The notes beneath the pieces are model-generated. The model was not told where the DNA came from. It saw only the letters and a list, made by a program, of their open reading frames with translations, and did not search any database. From the NCBI GenBank assembly GCA_938028665.1, contig CALIMB010000002.1, positions 33,258 to 97,257 on the forward strand: a stretch of DNA of 64,000 bases. The letters run 5' to 3'. This stretch comes from an uncultured Thermomicrobium sp. (GTDB taxonomy: Bacteria > Chloroflexota > Chloroflexia > Thermomicrobiales > Thermomicrobiaceae). Positions 36,995 to 45,065 of this stretch are shown in pieces (the first letter of the stretch is position 1; every line of letters starts with the position of its first letter). The position numbers and the translations under genes are program-made.

Positions 36995-38116
36995 TCAGCT
37001 GGTGAGCGTTTCCTCCAGTTGTTCAAGGACTCGATCTGTGAACTGCTCTGTACCGAGGGCACTCTCACCGGGACGTGCGAGGTCTGCGGTGCGTGCGCCA
37101 GCAGCGAGGGCACGGTCGACTGCCTGCTCGACGGCAGCTGCAGCCTTGTCGTCTCCTAGTGTCCAACGCAGGAGCATCGCGGCACTGAGGATGGCGCCAA
37201 TGGGATTGGCGATACCTTTGCCAGCGATATCGGGTGCCGAGCCGTGGACTGGCTCGTAGAGTCCAAAGCGAACAGCTGGTGATCCGGGGCGCTCCGGTGG
37301 GTGCCCGTGGAGACTGGCCGAGGGAAGCATACCCAGGGAACCAGCGAGCACGGCTGCTTCGTCACTCAGGATGTCGCCGAAGAGGTTCTCCATTACCAGA
37401 ACATCGAAGTCGCGAGGTCGCGCGATCAGGCGCATGGCGCAAGAGTCGACGAGCTGATGCTCAAGGGTGACGTCCGGGTAACGTGCACTAACCTCGCTAG
37501 CGATCTCGCGCCAGAGTGCCGAGGTATTGAGCACGTTGGCCTTGTCGACACTGGTCACCTTCCGGCGGCGTGCCCGAGCGAGTTGAAACGCAAGGTCGAC
37601 GATGCGAGTGATTTCCTCTTCGCGATAGGGGAGGGTGTCGACTGCCCAGCGCCCGCTTGGCTCGCGCCGGAGCTCTGATGGTTGGCCAAAGTAGAGGCCA
37701 CCGGTCAGCTCACGTACGACGATTAAGTCGACGCCGCGCACGACATCCGGCTTGAGTGGTGTCGCGTCAGCGAGTGCATCGAAGACGCGTACTGGGCGAA
37801 GATTTGCAAACAGGCCAAGCTCTTTCCGAAGCCGTAAAAGTCCAGCCTCGGGACGGGCGGTCTTTGGCAGGTGGTCCCATTTAGGGCCGCCGACAGCGCC
37901 GAGCACGACAGCGTCGACTGCTCGTGCCCGCGCGAGTGTCTTGTCGGAGAGCGGTGTGCCATAGGCGTCGATTGCGCACCCTCCGACGAGGTCCTCATCG
38001 AAAGTGAAGCGGTATCCACAGCGCTTGCCGACTGCCTCAAGCACACGTCGTGCAGCGGCAACGACTTCTGGGCCGATCCCATCGCCGGGGAGCAGGAGAA
38101 GGTGTATCTCGCTCAC
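36995..38116 (-). CDS. leuB: 3-isopropylmalate dehydrogenase
   Basis: LLLPGDGIGPEVV, LGAVGGPKWD, NLFGDILSDEAAVLAGSLGMLPSASL. Confidence 0.95.
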   Translation of the reverse strand: MSEIHLLLLPGDGIGPEVVAAARRVLEAVGKRCGYRFTFDEDLVGGCAIDAYGTPLSDKTLARARAVDAVVLGAVGGPKWDHLPKTARPEAGLLRLRKELGLFANLRPVRVFDALADATPLKPDVVRGVDLIVVRELTGGLYFGQPSELRREPSGRWAVDTLPYREEEITRIVDLAFQLARARRRKVTSVDKANVLNTSALWREIASEVSARYPDVTLEHQLVDSCAMRLIARPRDFDVLVMENLFGDILSDEAAVLAGSLGMLPSASLHGHPPERPGSPAVRFGLYEPVHGSAPDIAGKGIANPIGAILSAAMLLRWTLGDDKAAAAVEQAVDRALAAGARTADLARPGESALGTEQFTDRVLEQLEETLTS

Positions 38117-38631
38117 TGGCCAGCCTCCGCTGCTTTGCGCGCCTCGATGCGCTCGCGGACGGCATTGAGCAGTCCACCGGCCCGGATGATGTGCTGGATG
38201 AACTCGTCATACTGCGTCGCCTTGTACGTTTTCCCGGTGCGGAGGTTGCGGACGATTCCGTTCTCCGTATCAATTTCAAGCTCGTCACCGGTCTCGGTTT
38301 CGCGCACGGCTTCAGGCGCTTCCACAACTGGGAGTCCAATGTTGATGGCATTACGGAAAAAGATACGGGCGAATGACTCAGCAACGACCGCCTGCACGCC
38401 GGCCGCTTTGATGGCAATCGGCGCGTGCTCACGTGAGGAGCCACAGCCGAAATTTCGGCCAGCTACAATGATATCACCGGGGCGCACCTTTGCTGCGAAC
38501 TCTGGATCGATGTCCTCCATGACGTGCTGTGCCAGCTCCTGAGGATCGATGGTTACGAGGTAGCGTGCGGGGATAATAACATCGGTGTCAATATTGTCGC
38601 CAAACTTCCAGACACGCCCGCGCATTGGCAC
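38113..38631 (-). CDS. leuD: 3-isopropylmalate dehydratase small subunit
   Basis: GDNIDTDVIIPARYL, VAGRNFGCGSSREHA. 4-nt overlap with leuB. Confidence 0.9.
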   Translation of the reverse strand: MPMRGRVWKFGDNIDTDVIIPARYLVTIDPQELAQHVMEDIDPEFAAKVRPGDIIVAGRNFGCGSSREHAPIAIKAAGVQAVVAESFARIFFRNAINIGLPVVEAPEAVRETETGDELEIDTENGIVRNLRTGKTYKATQYDEFIQHIIRAGGLLNAVRERIEARKAAEAGQ

Positions 38632-38707
38632 CGGTACTACCCTCCTCGTCTGCTCAGGTCTCCGATAGTTGCAGTGCGTGATGCGAGAGTCCTCGCCACA
38701 GAGCCGG

Positions 38708-39967
38708 TCAGTTCAACTCGAACGGTGAAGCGACGCGCCCAAGAACCGCGCTCGCTGCCGCGACGGCCGGACTGGCGAGGATAACCTCCGATTCGCGGTG
38801 CCCCATGCGGCCGCGGAAGTTCCGATTGGTTGTGGAAACACAGCGCTCGCCCTTGGCCAGGACGCCCATGTATCCACCCAGACAGGGGCCGCACGTCGAC
38901 ACAGAAAAGACGGCACCGGCTTCAAGGAAGATATCGACGAGTCCCTCCTTCGTCGCCTGCTTAGCGACTTCCTGACTTCCAGGAATCACAATGCAACGCA
39001 CGTGCGGGTGAACCTGCCGCCCTTTCAAGATCTCGGCTGCGATCCGGAGATCGCTCAGACGCCCATTCGTGCACGAGCCGATGACCACCTGGTCGATCGG
39101 AAGATCACGAACTTCATCGGCTGGCCGCACGTTGGATGGGAGATGCGGTAAGGCGACGAGTGGACGCAAGGTGGAGACATCGAACTCGATCACCTGTGCA
39201 TAGTGTGCGTCCGGATCGCTGTCCACCGGCTCATAGGGTTCGGTGGTGACGTTAGCTAGCCACTGGCGGGTCTTCTCGTCGCAGGCGAAGATCCCGGTCT
39301 TGGCACCAGCCTCGATGGCCATGTTTGCCATCGTGATCCGGTCGTCCATCGGAAGGTCGTCAATGACGGGGCCGGTGAACTCCATGCAGGCATAGAGGGC
39401 GCCGTCCACGCCGATCTGCCCGATGGTGTACAGGATGAGGTCCTTGCCTGTGACGAACGGAGGCAATGTCCCGGTATACACGAACTTCATCGTCGGTGGC
39501 ACGCGCATCCAGGTTGTGCCAGTGGCCATCGCTGCGGCGATGTCAGTGGAGCCCATGCCAGTTGCAAAGGCATTGAAGGCACCATAAGTACAGGTATGGG
39601 AGTCTGCGCCGATGATGACCATCCCGGGGCGGGTCAGCCCATGCTCGGGAAGGACCACGTGCTCAATTCCGGCGCGACCGATCTCAAAGTAGATCGCGTT
39701 CTGTTCCAAGGCAAATTCGCGCATGATCTTCGATTGCTCGGCTGCCTTGATGTCTTTTGCTGGGACAAAGTGGTCAGGGACGAAGACAACCTTCTTGGGG
39801 TCAAAGACACGCTCCACGCCGAGCTTCTTGAACTCAGCGATTGAGAGTGGTGCGGTGATGTCATTTGTCATCACCAAGTCGACGGCGACTTCCACGATCT
39901 CCCCTGGCTCCACGCGGCGACGCCCAGCCGCCCGGGCCAGGATCTTCTCGGCCATCGTCATGCCCAT
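38708..39967 (-). CDS. leuC: 3-isopropylmalate dehydratase large subunit
   Basis: Aconitase-family Fe-S ligand regions GADSHTCTYGA, IGSCTNGR, CGPCLG. Lies between leuA and leuD. Confidence 0.9.
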   Translation of the reverse strand: MGMTMAEKILARAAGRRRVEPGEIVEVAVDLVMTNDITAPLSIAEFKKLGVERVFDPKKVVFVPDHFVPAKDIKAAEQSKIMREFALEQNAIYFEIGRAGIEHVVLPEHGLTRPGMVIIGADSHTCTYGAFNAFATGMGSTDIAAAMATGTTWMRVPPTMKFVYTGTLPPFVTGKDLILYTIGQIGVDGALYACMEFTGPVIDDLPMDDRITMANMAIEAGAKTGIFACDEKTRQWLANVTTEPYEPVDSDPDAHYAQVIEFDVSTLRPLVALPHLPSNVRPADEVRDLPIDQVVIGSCTNGRLSDLRIAAEILKGRQVHPHVRCIVIPGSQEVAKQATKEGLVDIFLEAGAVFSVSTCGPCLGGYMGVLAKGERCVSTTNRNFRGRMGHRESEVILASPAVAAASAVLGRVASPFELN

Positions 39968-39973
39968 AGCCTC

Positions 39974-41512
39974 TTACTCACCTCCACTTACCGATACTGG
40001 TGCTGTCAGTACAGCCCGGTTCAAAGCCATCAGATACGCGCGGATACTCGCCTCAATGATGTCCGTTGCCACGCCGCGGCCATTATAGACCTGTGTTCCG
40101 CAGCGCAGGTGTACCGTAACCTGTCCCTGTGCATCCTCTCCTGGGGTGACCGCGTCAACGTGGAAAGCCTCGAGTTCACAGTGGCGCCCCACGAGCCGAT
40201 CGATCGCTTTAAAGAGTGCATCGATCTGCCCATTGCCCGAGGCCGAAGCTTCACGTTCTACACCATCGATCTCCAGCTTAACCCACGCCTCGGCGCGGCC
40301 GTCGGAGCCAGAATGCGCTCGCCAACCCCTGAGCACGAAACGCTGTGGCACCTGGGCCAGCTGGTCCTCGACGATCGCGATGATATCGGCGTCGGTGACC
40401 GTCTTCTTGCGATCGCAAAGATCAATGAACCGCTGGTAGAGTTCCTCGATCCGTTCCCGTGAAAGATCGCTGTAGCCCAGCTCCTTTAAACGTGCGGTGA
40501 AGCCGGCTCGTCCGGAGTGCTTCCCTAGGACAAGGCGGCTTGCTTCCCATCCGACCGATTGCGGCGTCATGATCTCGTACGTCAGGCGATGCTTGAGCAT
40601 GCCGTCCTGGTGGATACCAGCCTCATGGGCGAACGCATTGGCTCCGACGATCGCCTTGTTCGGTTGGACAAGGATTCCGGTAATCCGCTGGACCAACTTG
40701 GAAGTTGGTACAATCTGTTCGGTGACCACGCGTGGCAGAATCCCGCCGAAGACGTCGCGGCGAACGTGCAGAGCCATCACAACTTCTTCGAGTGCAGTAT
40801 TACCGGCCCGTTCGCCGATACCATTGATTGTCACCTCAGCCTGACGTGCGCCGGCGCGGATCGCTGCCAACGTGTTGGCCGTGGCCAGCCCCAAGTCGTT
40901 GTGACAGTGAACACTCACTGTCACCTTCTCGATGCCTGGCGTGTGCTCCATGATGTAGCGGACAAGCTCGGCAAATTCCTGAGGGACAGCGTAACCCACC
41001 GTATCCGGAATGTTGATCGTCGTTGCCCCTTCCTCGATCGCCGCGGCGAAGACGCGACAGAGGAAGTCCCAGTCGGAGCGAGTCGCATCTTCGGCTGAGA
41101 ACTCGACGTCACTCACATAGCGTTTGGCAGCACGGACCGCAAAGCGCGCCGCTTCTAGTACCTGCTCAGGTGTTTTGCGTAGCTTGTACTCCATGTGGAT
41201 TGGGGACGTGGCGATGAAGGTGTGGATGCGTGGCTGCTCGGCGTCGCGCACCCCCTCCCAGGCTGCATCGATATCCTGCTGGTTGGCACGGGCCAGCGCG
41301 CAGATAGCGACCCCCTTGACCTCGCGACTGATGCGCTGGACGGCGCGGAGATCACCAGGTGAGGCAGCGGGAAATCCAGCCTCAATGATGTCGACACCAA
41401 GCTTGACTAGTTGCCGAGCTACCTCTACCTTCTCATCTTCTGTCATTGTCGCACCTGGCGACTGTTCGCCATCACGCAGTGTGGTATCGAAGATGATTAA
41501 CCGTTCGCTCAT
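39974..41512 (-). CDS. leuA: 2-isopropylmalate synthase
   Basis: IFDTTLRDGEQSPG, HCHNDLGLATANTLAA, and a C-terminal LeuA regulatory domain. GGAGGGAG SD. Confidence 0.95.
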   Translation of the reverse strand: MSERLIIFDTTLRDGEQSPGATMTEDEKVEVARQLVKLGVDIIEAGFPAASPGDLRAVQRISREVKGVAICALARANQQDIDAAWEGVRDAEQPRIHTFIATSPIHMEYKLRKTPEQVLEAARFAVRAAKRYVSDVEFSAEDATRSDWDFLCRVFAAAIEEGATTINIPDTVGYAVPQEFAELVRYIMEHTPGIEKVTVSVHCHNDLGLATANTLAAIRAGARQAEVTINGIGERAGNTALEEVVMALHVRRDVFGGILPRVVTEQIVPTSKLVQRITGILVQPNKAIVGANAFAHEAGIHQDGMLKHRLTYEIMTPQSVGWEASRLVLGKHSGRAGFTARLKELGYSDLSRERIEELYQRFIDLCDRKKTVTDADIIAIVEDQLAQVPQRFVLRGWRAHSGSDGRAEAWVKLEIDGVEREASASGNGQIDALFKAIDRLVGRHCELEAFHVDAVTPGEDAQGQVTVHLRCGTQVYNGRGVATDIIEASIRAYLMALNRAVLTAPVSVSGGE

Positions 41513-41694
41513 CGTCTCCCTCCGGCTTCTCGTGTTCCAGATGGATCCGGCCTCCCAGGCGGGAGGCCGGACGCTTGATCCGTGGTCGCATCCGTCACAG
41601 CCGTCCCGCGTCTCCGATGGCCCCTCTGCGGGGCCGGCTAAGGGAGAGTTGAAGCAAGCTTGAGATGCCGTGGATCATTGCCGTCCCTCTGACG

Positions 41695-41950
41695 TGAAAC
41701 GGCCCGTCCGCGAAGGGACGGGCCGCTCCCGTGGTACCACCCTACTTGGCCGCTGCTGCACCAAGCAGCAACGCCCACTCTCCGCGCGATAACGGGCGCA
41801 ACCCGGCACTCACTACTCCTGGGTTCGCGAGTGCAGCTCCGGGACGAGTTCGCGCGCTCCTCCGGGCCGGGCTTCCACCACTTACCCCGACTCGCTGGCC
41901 GGATGCGGCGCGCTACTGCTTCCCTTCCGCGCCTTTGCCCGAAAGGCTAG
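41695..41950 (-). promoter_or_regulatory. T-box leader (Leu, CUC specifier) of the leuACDB operon
   Basis: Seen on the minus strand: T-box sequence AGUAGGGUGGUACCACGG (41731-41745). It overlaps the 5' side of terminator hairpin GGCCCGUCC-CUUCGC-GGACGGGCC (41701-41724). F-box CCGUUA. Stem I elements (AGUAG, AGCGAG, GGUGGAA). Specifier-loop GAA-CUC-G (codon at 41848-41846). TTGACA-18-TAGCCU promoter candidate at 41973-41944. Confidence 0.85.
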
Positions 41951-42351
41951 CAGAGCTGACCGATGTTTGTCAAGCCCCGGGGCGTAGCCGCTTCGTGGAT
42001 ACGGATCGCTGCAACAATCCGTGTTTAACCCTGGCAATCGGTGCTGCGATGGATCACACCGCCCGCGCTTACACCAGGCTAAGGCTCCTCCGGGTGACGC
42101 CCCAGGTCGCTCACCGCATGTCCCAGTCTCGCGGGCAGCACGGTATACTCCTCTTCTCAGAGTGGCTGCCAAAACAGGTTGCCTGCCAGGTACGGTGAGG
42201 CCGCGGCTTTCGATTGGCTGGTTCCTGTGGACCGGTACTCGCACCCAGGTGATCGCCTGTCGCGCGGATCGTCGATAGCTCACTCTCCCCACCGCTGACA
42301 CCGCATCGCTCGATGCTGCTTTGTGGCAAGAGGCGGCTCATTGGCTGCTCG

Positions 42352-42957
42352 TCACGATAGGCGGAAGGCGATTGTAGAAGGGATAAGCCCTTCTTTGCCT
42401 TTATTTTGTTCTTTGTGCTCCTCTTTCTCATCCGTGTCGTTCTTAACACCCGGCCTCTCTTGACCACTCGGTCCCTCCTCATCCCCGCCAAAAGTAGCGA
42501 GAAGACCTTGGATCAACTGTTGCTTCTCTTGTGGGGACAATCGTGCTTCTGGATGGAGCGGTAGGTAGAACCATGGCGGCATTGTTCCTTTTTGAATTGT
42601 CTCGGCCGATTCGTCGCATTTTTGCTCGCCACGAGTGCCCCACTCGGAGATATTGCATTTCTCTCGCCCCTGGGTCACGTCGCGGTAGGCCAGGAAGGCG
42701 GCTGGTGCAACAAAGGTGTACCAACGCCAGTTCGTCTGATTCGAGTGGCAGTCACCGCAGGCACGCATGAAGAGTTCGCGTGTCTGCGGACTGTCCCATG
42801 CAGGTTCTGCTCGGACCGGCGGATTACTCCGAGGCAGTGCCAGAGCCACCCCTTGGAGAACCACGATGAAAGCGACGAACGTGCCACCAAGAACCAGTGC
42901 AATGCGCCGCAGCCACCGTGGCTTCGCCCCTCGGACCGTGGTGATCGTGTTGCTCAT
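42352..42957 (-). CDS. haem-binding-domain (Haem_bd, CxxCH) membrane-anchored protein
   Basis: N-terminal TM, then CGDCHSNQTNWRWYTFVAP...DVTQGREKCNISEW...IQKGTMPPWFY...HPEARLSPQEK. Ends in an unusual charged tail. ATG 42957 is preceded by AAGGGGA. Confidence 0.75.
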   Translation of the reverse strand: MSNTITTVRGAKPRWLRRIALVLGGTFVAFIVVLQGVALALPRSNPPVRAEPAWDSPQTRELFMRACGDCHSNQTNWRWYTFVAPAAFLAYRDVTQGREKCNISEWGTRGEQKCDESAETIQKGTMPPWFYLPLHPEARLSPQEKQQLIQGLLATFGGDEEGPSGQERPGVKNDTDEKEEHKEQNKGKEGLIPSTIAFRLS

Positions 42958-43285
42958 CGCATGTCCCCTTTCCGTCCCTCCCACCATGCGAGCGACCACC
43001 TATCAAGACCGAGTATCGGTTGAAAATGTAAACGGTGGGTAACCGGCTGGCGGCCCAGAAGGGCCGGTTCGAGGGAGCATCTCGAAGGGTTCCTCCTCTC
43101 GGGAACCCTGGGCCGAACATTCCGGCTTATTTGGCTTGCAGTTCAGCGGAGATTCGTAGCGTCCACTTCCTCCACACTTGTGGTAGTGAACACACGAAAT
43201 ACGTGCGCCGCTTTGCTGCAGCGGGGGTATTGCACTCCACGTTGGTGCTCTCGATACTACGTCCGATGACGGAGAGGAGAGGACA

Positions 43286-44167
43286 ATGGGCATCGTTTTC
43301 GGAGCGGTCGCCCCACACGGTTTTCCGATCATCCCGGAACTCTCCGCGGATGCAGAGGGTGGTCTGGAGACACGCGCTGCGATGTTCCGGCTGGGAGAGC
43401 GCTGTGCTGCTGCCCGCCCGGAGGTCCTTGTGGTGGCCACGCCACACGGAGTCCGTGTGGACGGTATGGTTTGCCTGGCCTATACGGCGCGCGGGGCAGG
43501 AACGTTACGATGGCACGGACAGCAGATCGAAATGAACGTGCCACTGGACCGCTTGGCCACGGAGAACATTGCTGCTGCGGCGCGGGAGCTCGGCATACCG
43601 ATTGCGCTGGCCGGGTTTGCCGGAAATCGGTGGGACCAATCTGTTATCCCGCTTGATTGGGGGACGATGACGCCGCTCTGGTTTCTCGGTCACGGGCGCA
43701 ATCTGGTAGGGCACGGTGATGTTCTTGCGCCGCCGCCTGAGGAGGACAGTGGTCCGCCTGTCGTGATTGTGACGCCATCGCGGCGTGTCCCGCGGGAGCT
43801 CCTGGTGACGTTCGGTGAAGCAGTGGCGCTTGCGGCCGAACGTGATGGGCGACGGATCGCCTTTATCGCGAGCTGTGATTGGGCCCATACGCATCGAGCC
43901 GATGGTCCATACGGTTTCCATTCTGATGCGGCAGTGGTCGACCAGCTCGTAGTCGAAGCGCTGCGGGCGAACGATCCGGGTCGGCTTATCGATCTCCCGG
44001 AAGAGAAGGCGACAAACGCCGCGATCGACGGTTTGTGGCAGACACTGATGCTTGCGGGGGTCATGCGACGAGTGCCTCTGCGTGGCGAGGTACTGTGCTA
44101 CGAGGCACCGAGCTACTACAGCATGATCGTCGCAGCGTTCGAACCGGTTGAGTGGGCGCGTGCTTGA
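43286..44167 (+). CDS. LigB-family (class III extradiol dioxygenase subunit B-like) protein
   Basis: MGIVFGAVAPHGFPIIPE..., VVATPHG, ASCDWAHTH pattern of the LigB/DODA fold. GGAGAGGAGAGG SD. Confidence 0.65.
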   Translation: MGIVFGAVAPHGFPIIPELSADAEGGLETRAAMFRLGERCAAARPEVLVVATPHGVRVDGMVCLAYTARGAGTLRWHGQQIEMNVPLDRLATENIAAAARELGIPIALAGFAGNRWDQSVIPLDWGTMTPLWFLGHGRNLVGHGDVLAPPPEEDSGPPVVIVTPSRRVPRELLVTFGEAVALAAERDGRRIAFIASCDWAHTHRADGPYGFHSDAAVVDQLVVEALRANDPGRLIDLPEEKATNAAIDGLWQTLMLAGVMRRVPLRGEVLCYEAPSYYSMIVAAFEPVEWARA

Positions 44168-44259
44168 CCATGGCTTCCTGCAGAGGTGCGGCCAAGGCGA
44201 ATGAGCTCATGCGCTCTGCGGCTGTAGACTGACAAGGGTCGTGCCCGGAATGGAGAGCC

Positions 44260-44294
44260 AACAGCGGGTGCTGAAGCAGCTTCCCGCTGTTTCG
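44260..44294 (+). terminator. hairpin terminator candidate after the LigB-like gene
   Basis: AACAGCGGGTGCTG-AAG-CAGCTTCCCGCTGTT followed by TCGGG. A second hairpin ATGTCGGCG-N7-CGCCGACAT lies at ~44353-44377, in the convergent gap with queF. Confidence 0.4.
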
Positions 44295-44450
44295 GGTGCT
44301 GTGAGTGAGTGTGGCGTCAGTGCGGCATGCTGCTGCGGCGTCCACCACGCCGGATGTCGGCGTTCGTGGCGCCGCCGACATGCGGTGATGAACCCAAAGG
44401 ATCGCCGGATCGCCCGAGGTCACAGGTAGCGGCAGCCGGACAATTGTTTC

Positions 44451-44834
44451 TCAGTCAGCAGCAGCCTGAAGTTCCGCAGCTGACCGCTCGTAGCGTGCCG
44501 TCACAACTGTGTGCAAGCCGCCACGGATATTGAAGTCAGCGATCACGGTCATGCGGCGCGGCTGGAGCGTCCGGACGAGGTCGTCCAGAATCGTGTTTGT
44601 GACTTCTTCGTGGTAGTGCCCTTCATTCCGGAACGACCAGAGGTACAGCTTCAACGACTTGAGTTCGACGATCCACTGATCTGGAATGTAGCGGATGGTG
44701 ATCGTTGCGAAGTCCGGTTGGCCGGTTCTTGGACAGACGCAGGTGAACTCATTCGTCGTAATCTCGATCTCATAATCACGTTCCGGCTTGGGGTTTGGAA
44801 TCCGTTCCAGCTCTTTGCTCGGTTGTGTTGGCAT
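44451..44834 (-). CDS. queF: NADPH-dependent 7-cyano-7-deazaguanine (preQ0) reductase, type I
   Basis: [48 protein letters not shown] contains the QueF motif and the catalytic Cys. Confidence 0.95.
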   Translation of the reverse strand: MPTQPSKELERIPNPKPERDYEIEITTNEFTCVCPRTGQPDFATITIRYIPDQWIVELKSLKLYLWSFRNEGHYHEEVTNTILDDLVRTLQPRRMTVIADFNIRGGLHTVVTARYERSAAELQAAAD

Positions 44835-45065
44835 GTCGGTCCTCCTCGTCGTGCATGCATATCCCTAAGTGTAGCCAAGAAAGCGCACGAAACTCCGAGG
44901 CTGGAGTGCCGATCCTTACTCGTGCATTCGTTGGGGCGGCCATGCCCAAGTGACCGACTGGGGTGGGCGGTGATGGAAGCTGACCGCTGGGTAGCTAGCG
45001 GTAGGAAGGCGAACGGAGAGTATGCCTCTGCGCGGGAAAGGGCCTGGGAAGTCGGATGGTGACTG

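Noticed and set aside
41547-41570. ZTP (pfl) motif because of CCGCCUGGG in the hairpin before leuA
   Set aside because: Only the short 3' string matches. The upstream GGGUCGUGACUGGCG-type sub-domain is absent, and the gene context (leucine biosynthesis) does not fit.
42090-42200. Cobalamin-riboswitch-like strings (GCUGCCCGCGAGACUG, GGGACAUGCGGUGAGCGACCUGG) on the minus strand
   Set aside because: The elements are in the wrong order relative to the cobalamin consensus, no B12 box was found, and no B12-related gene lies downstream.
44835-44960. preQ1 riboswitch upstream of queF
   Set aside because: The string UUCUUGGCUACAC vaguely resembles the preQ1-I loop (GGUUCUAGCUACAC). There is no P1 stem pairing and no A-rich ...AAAAAACUA tail or pseudoknot partner.
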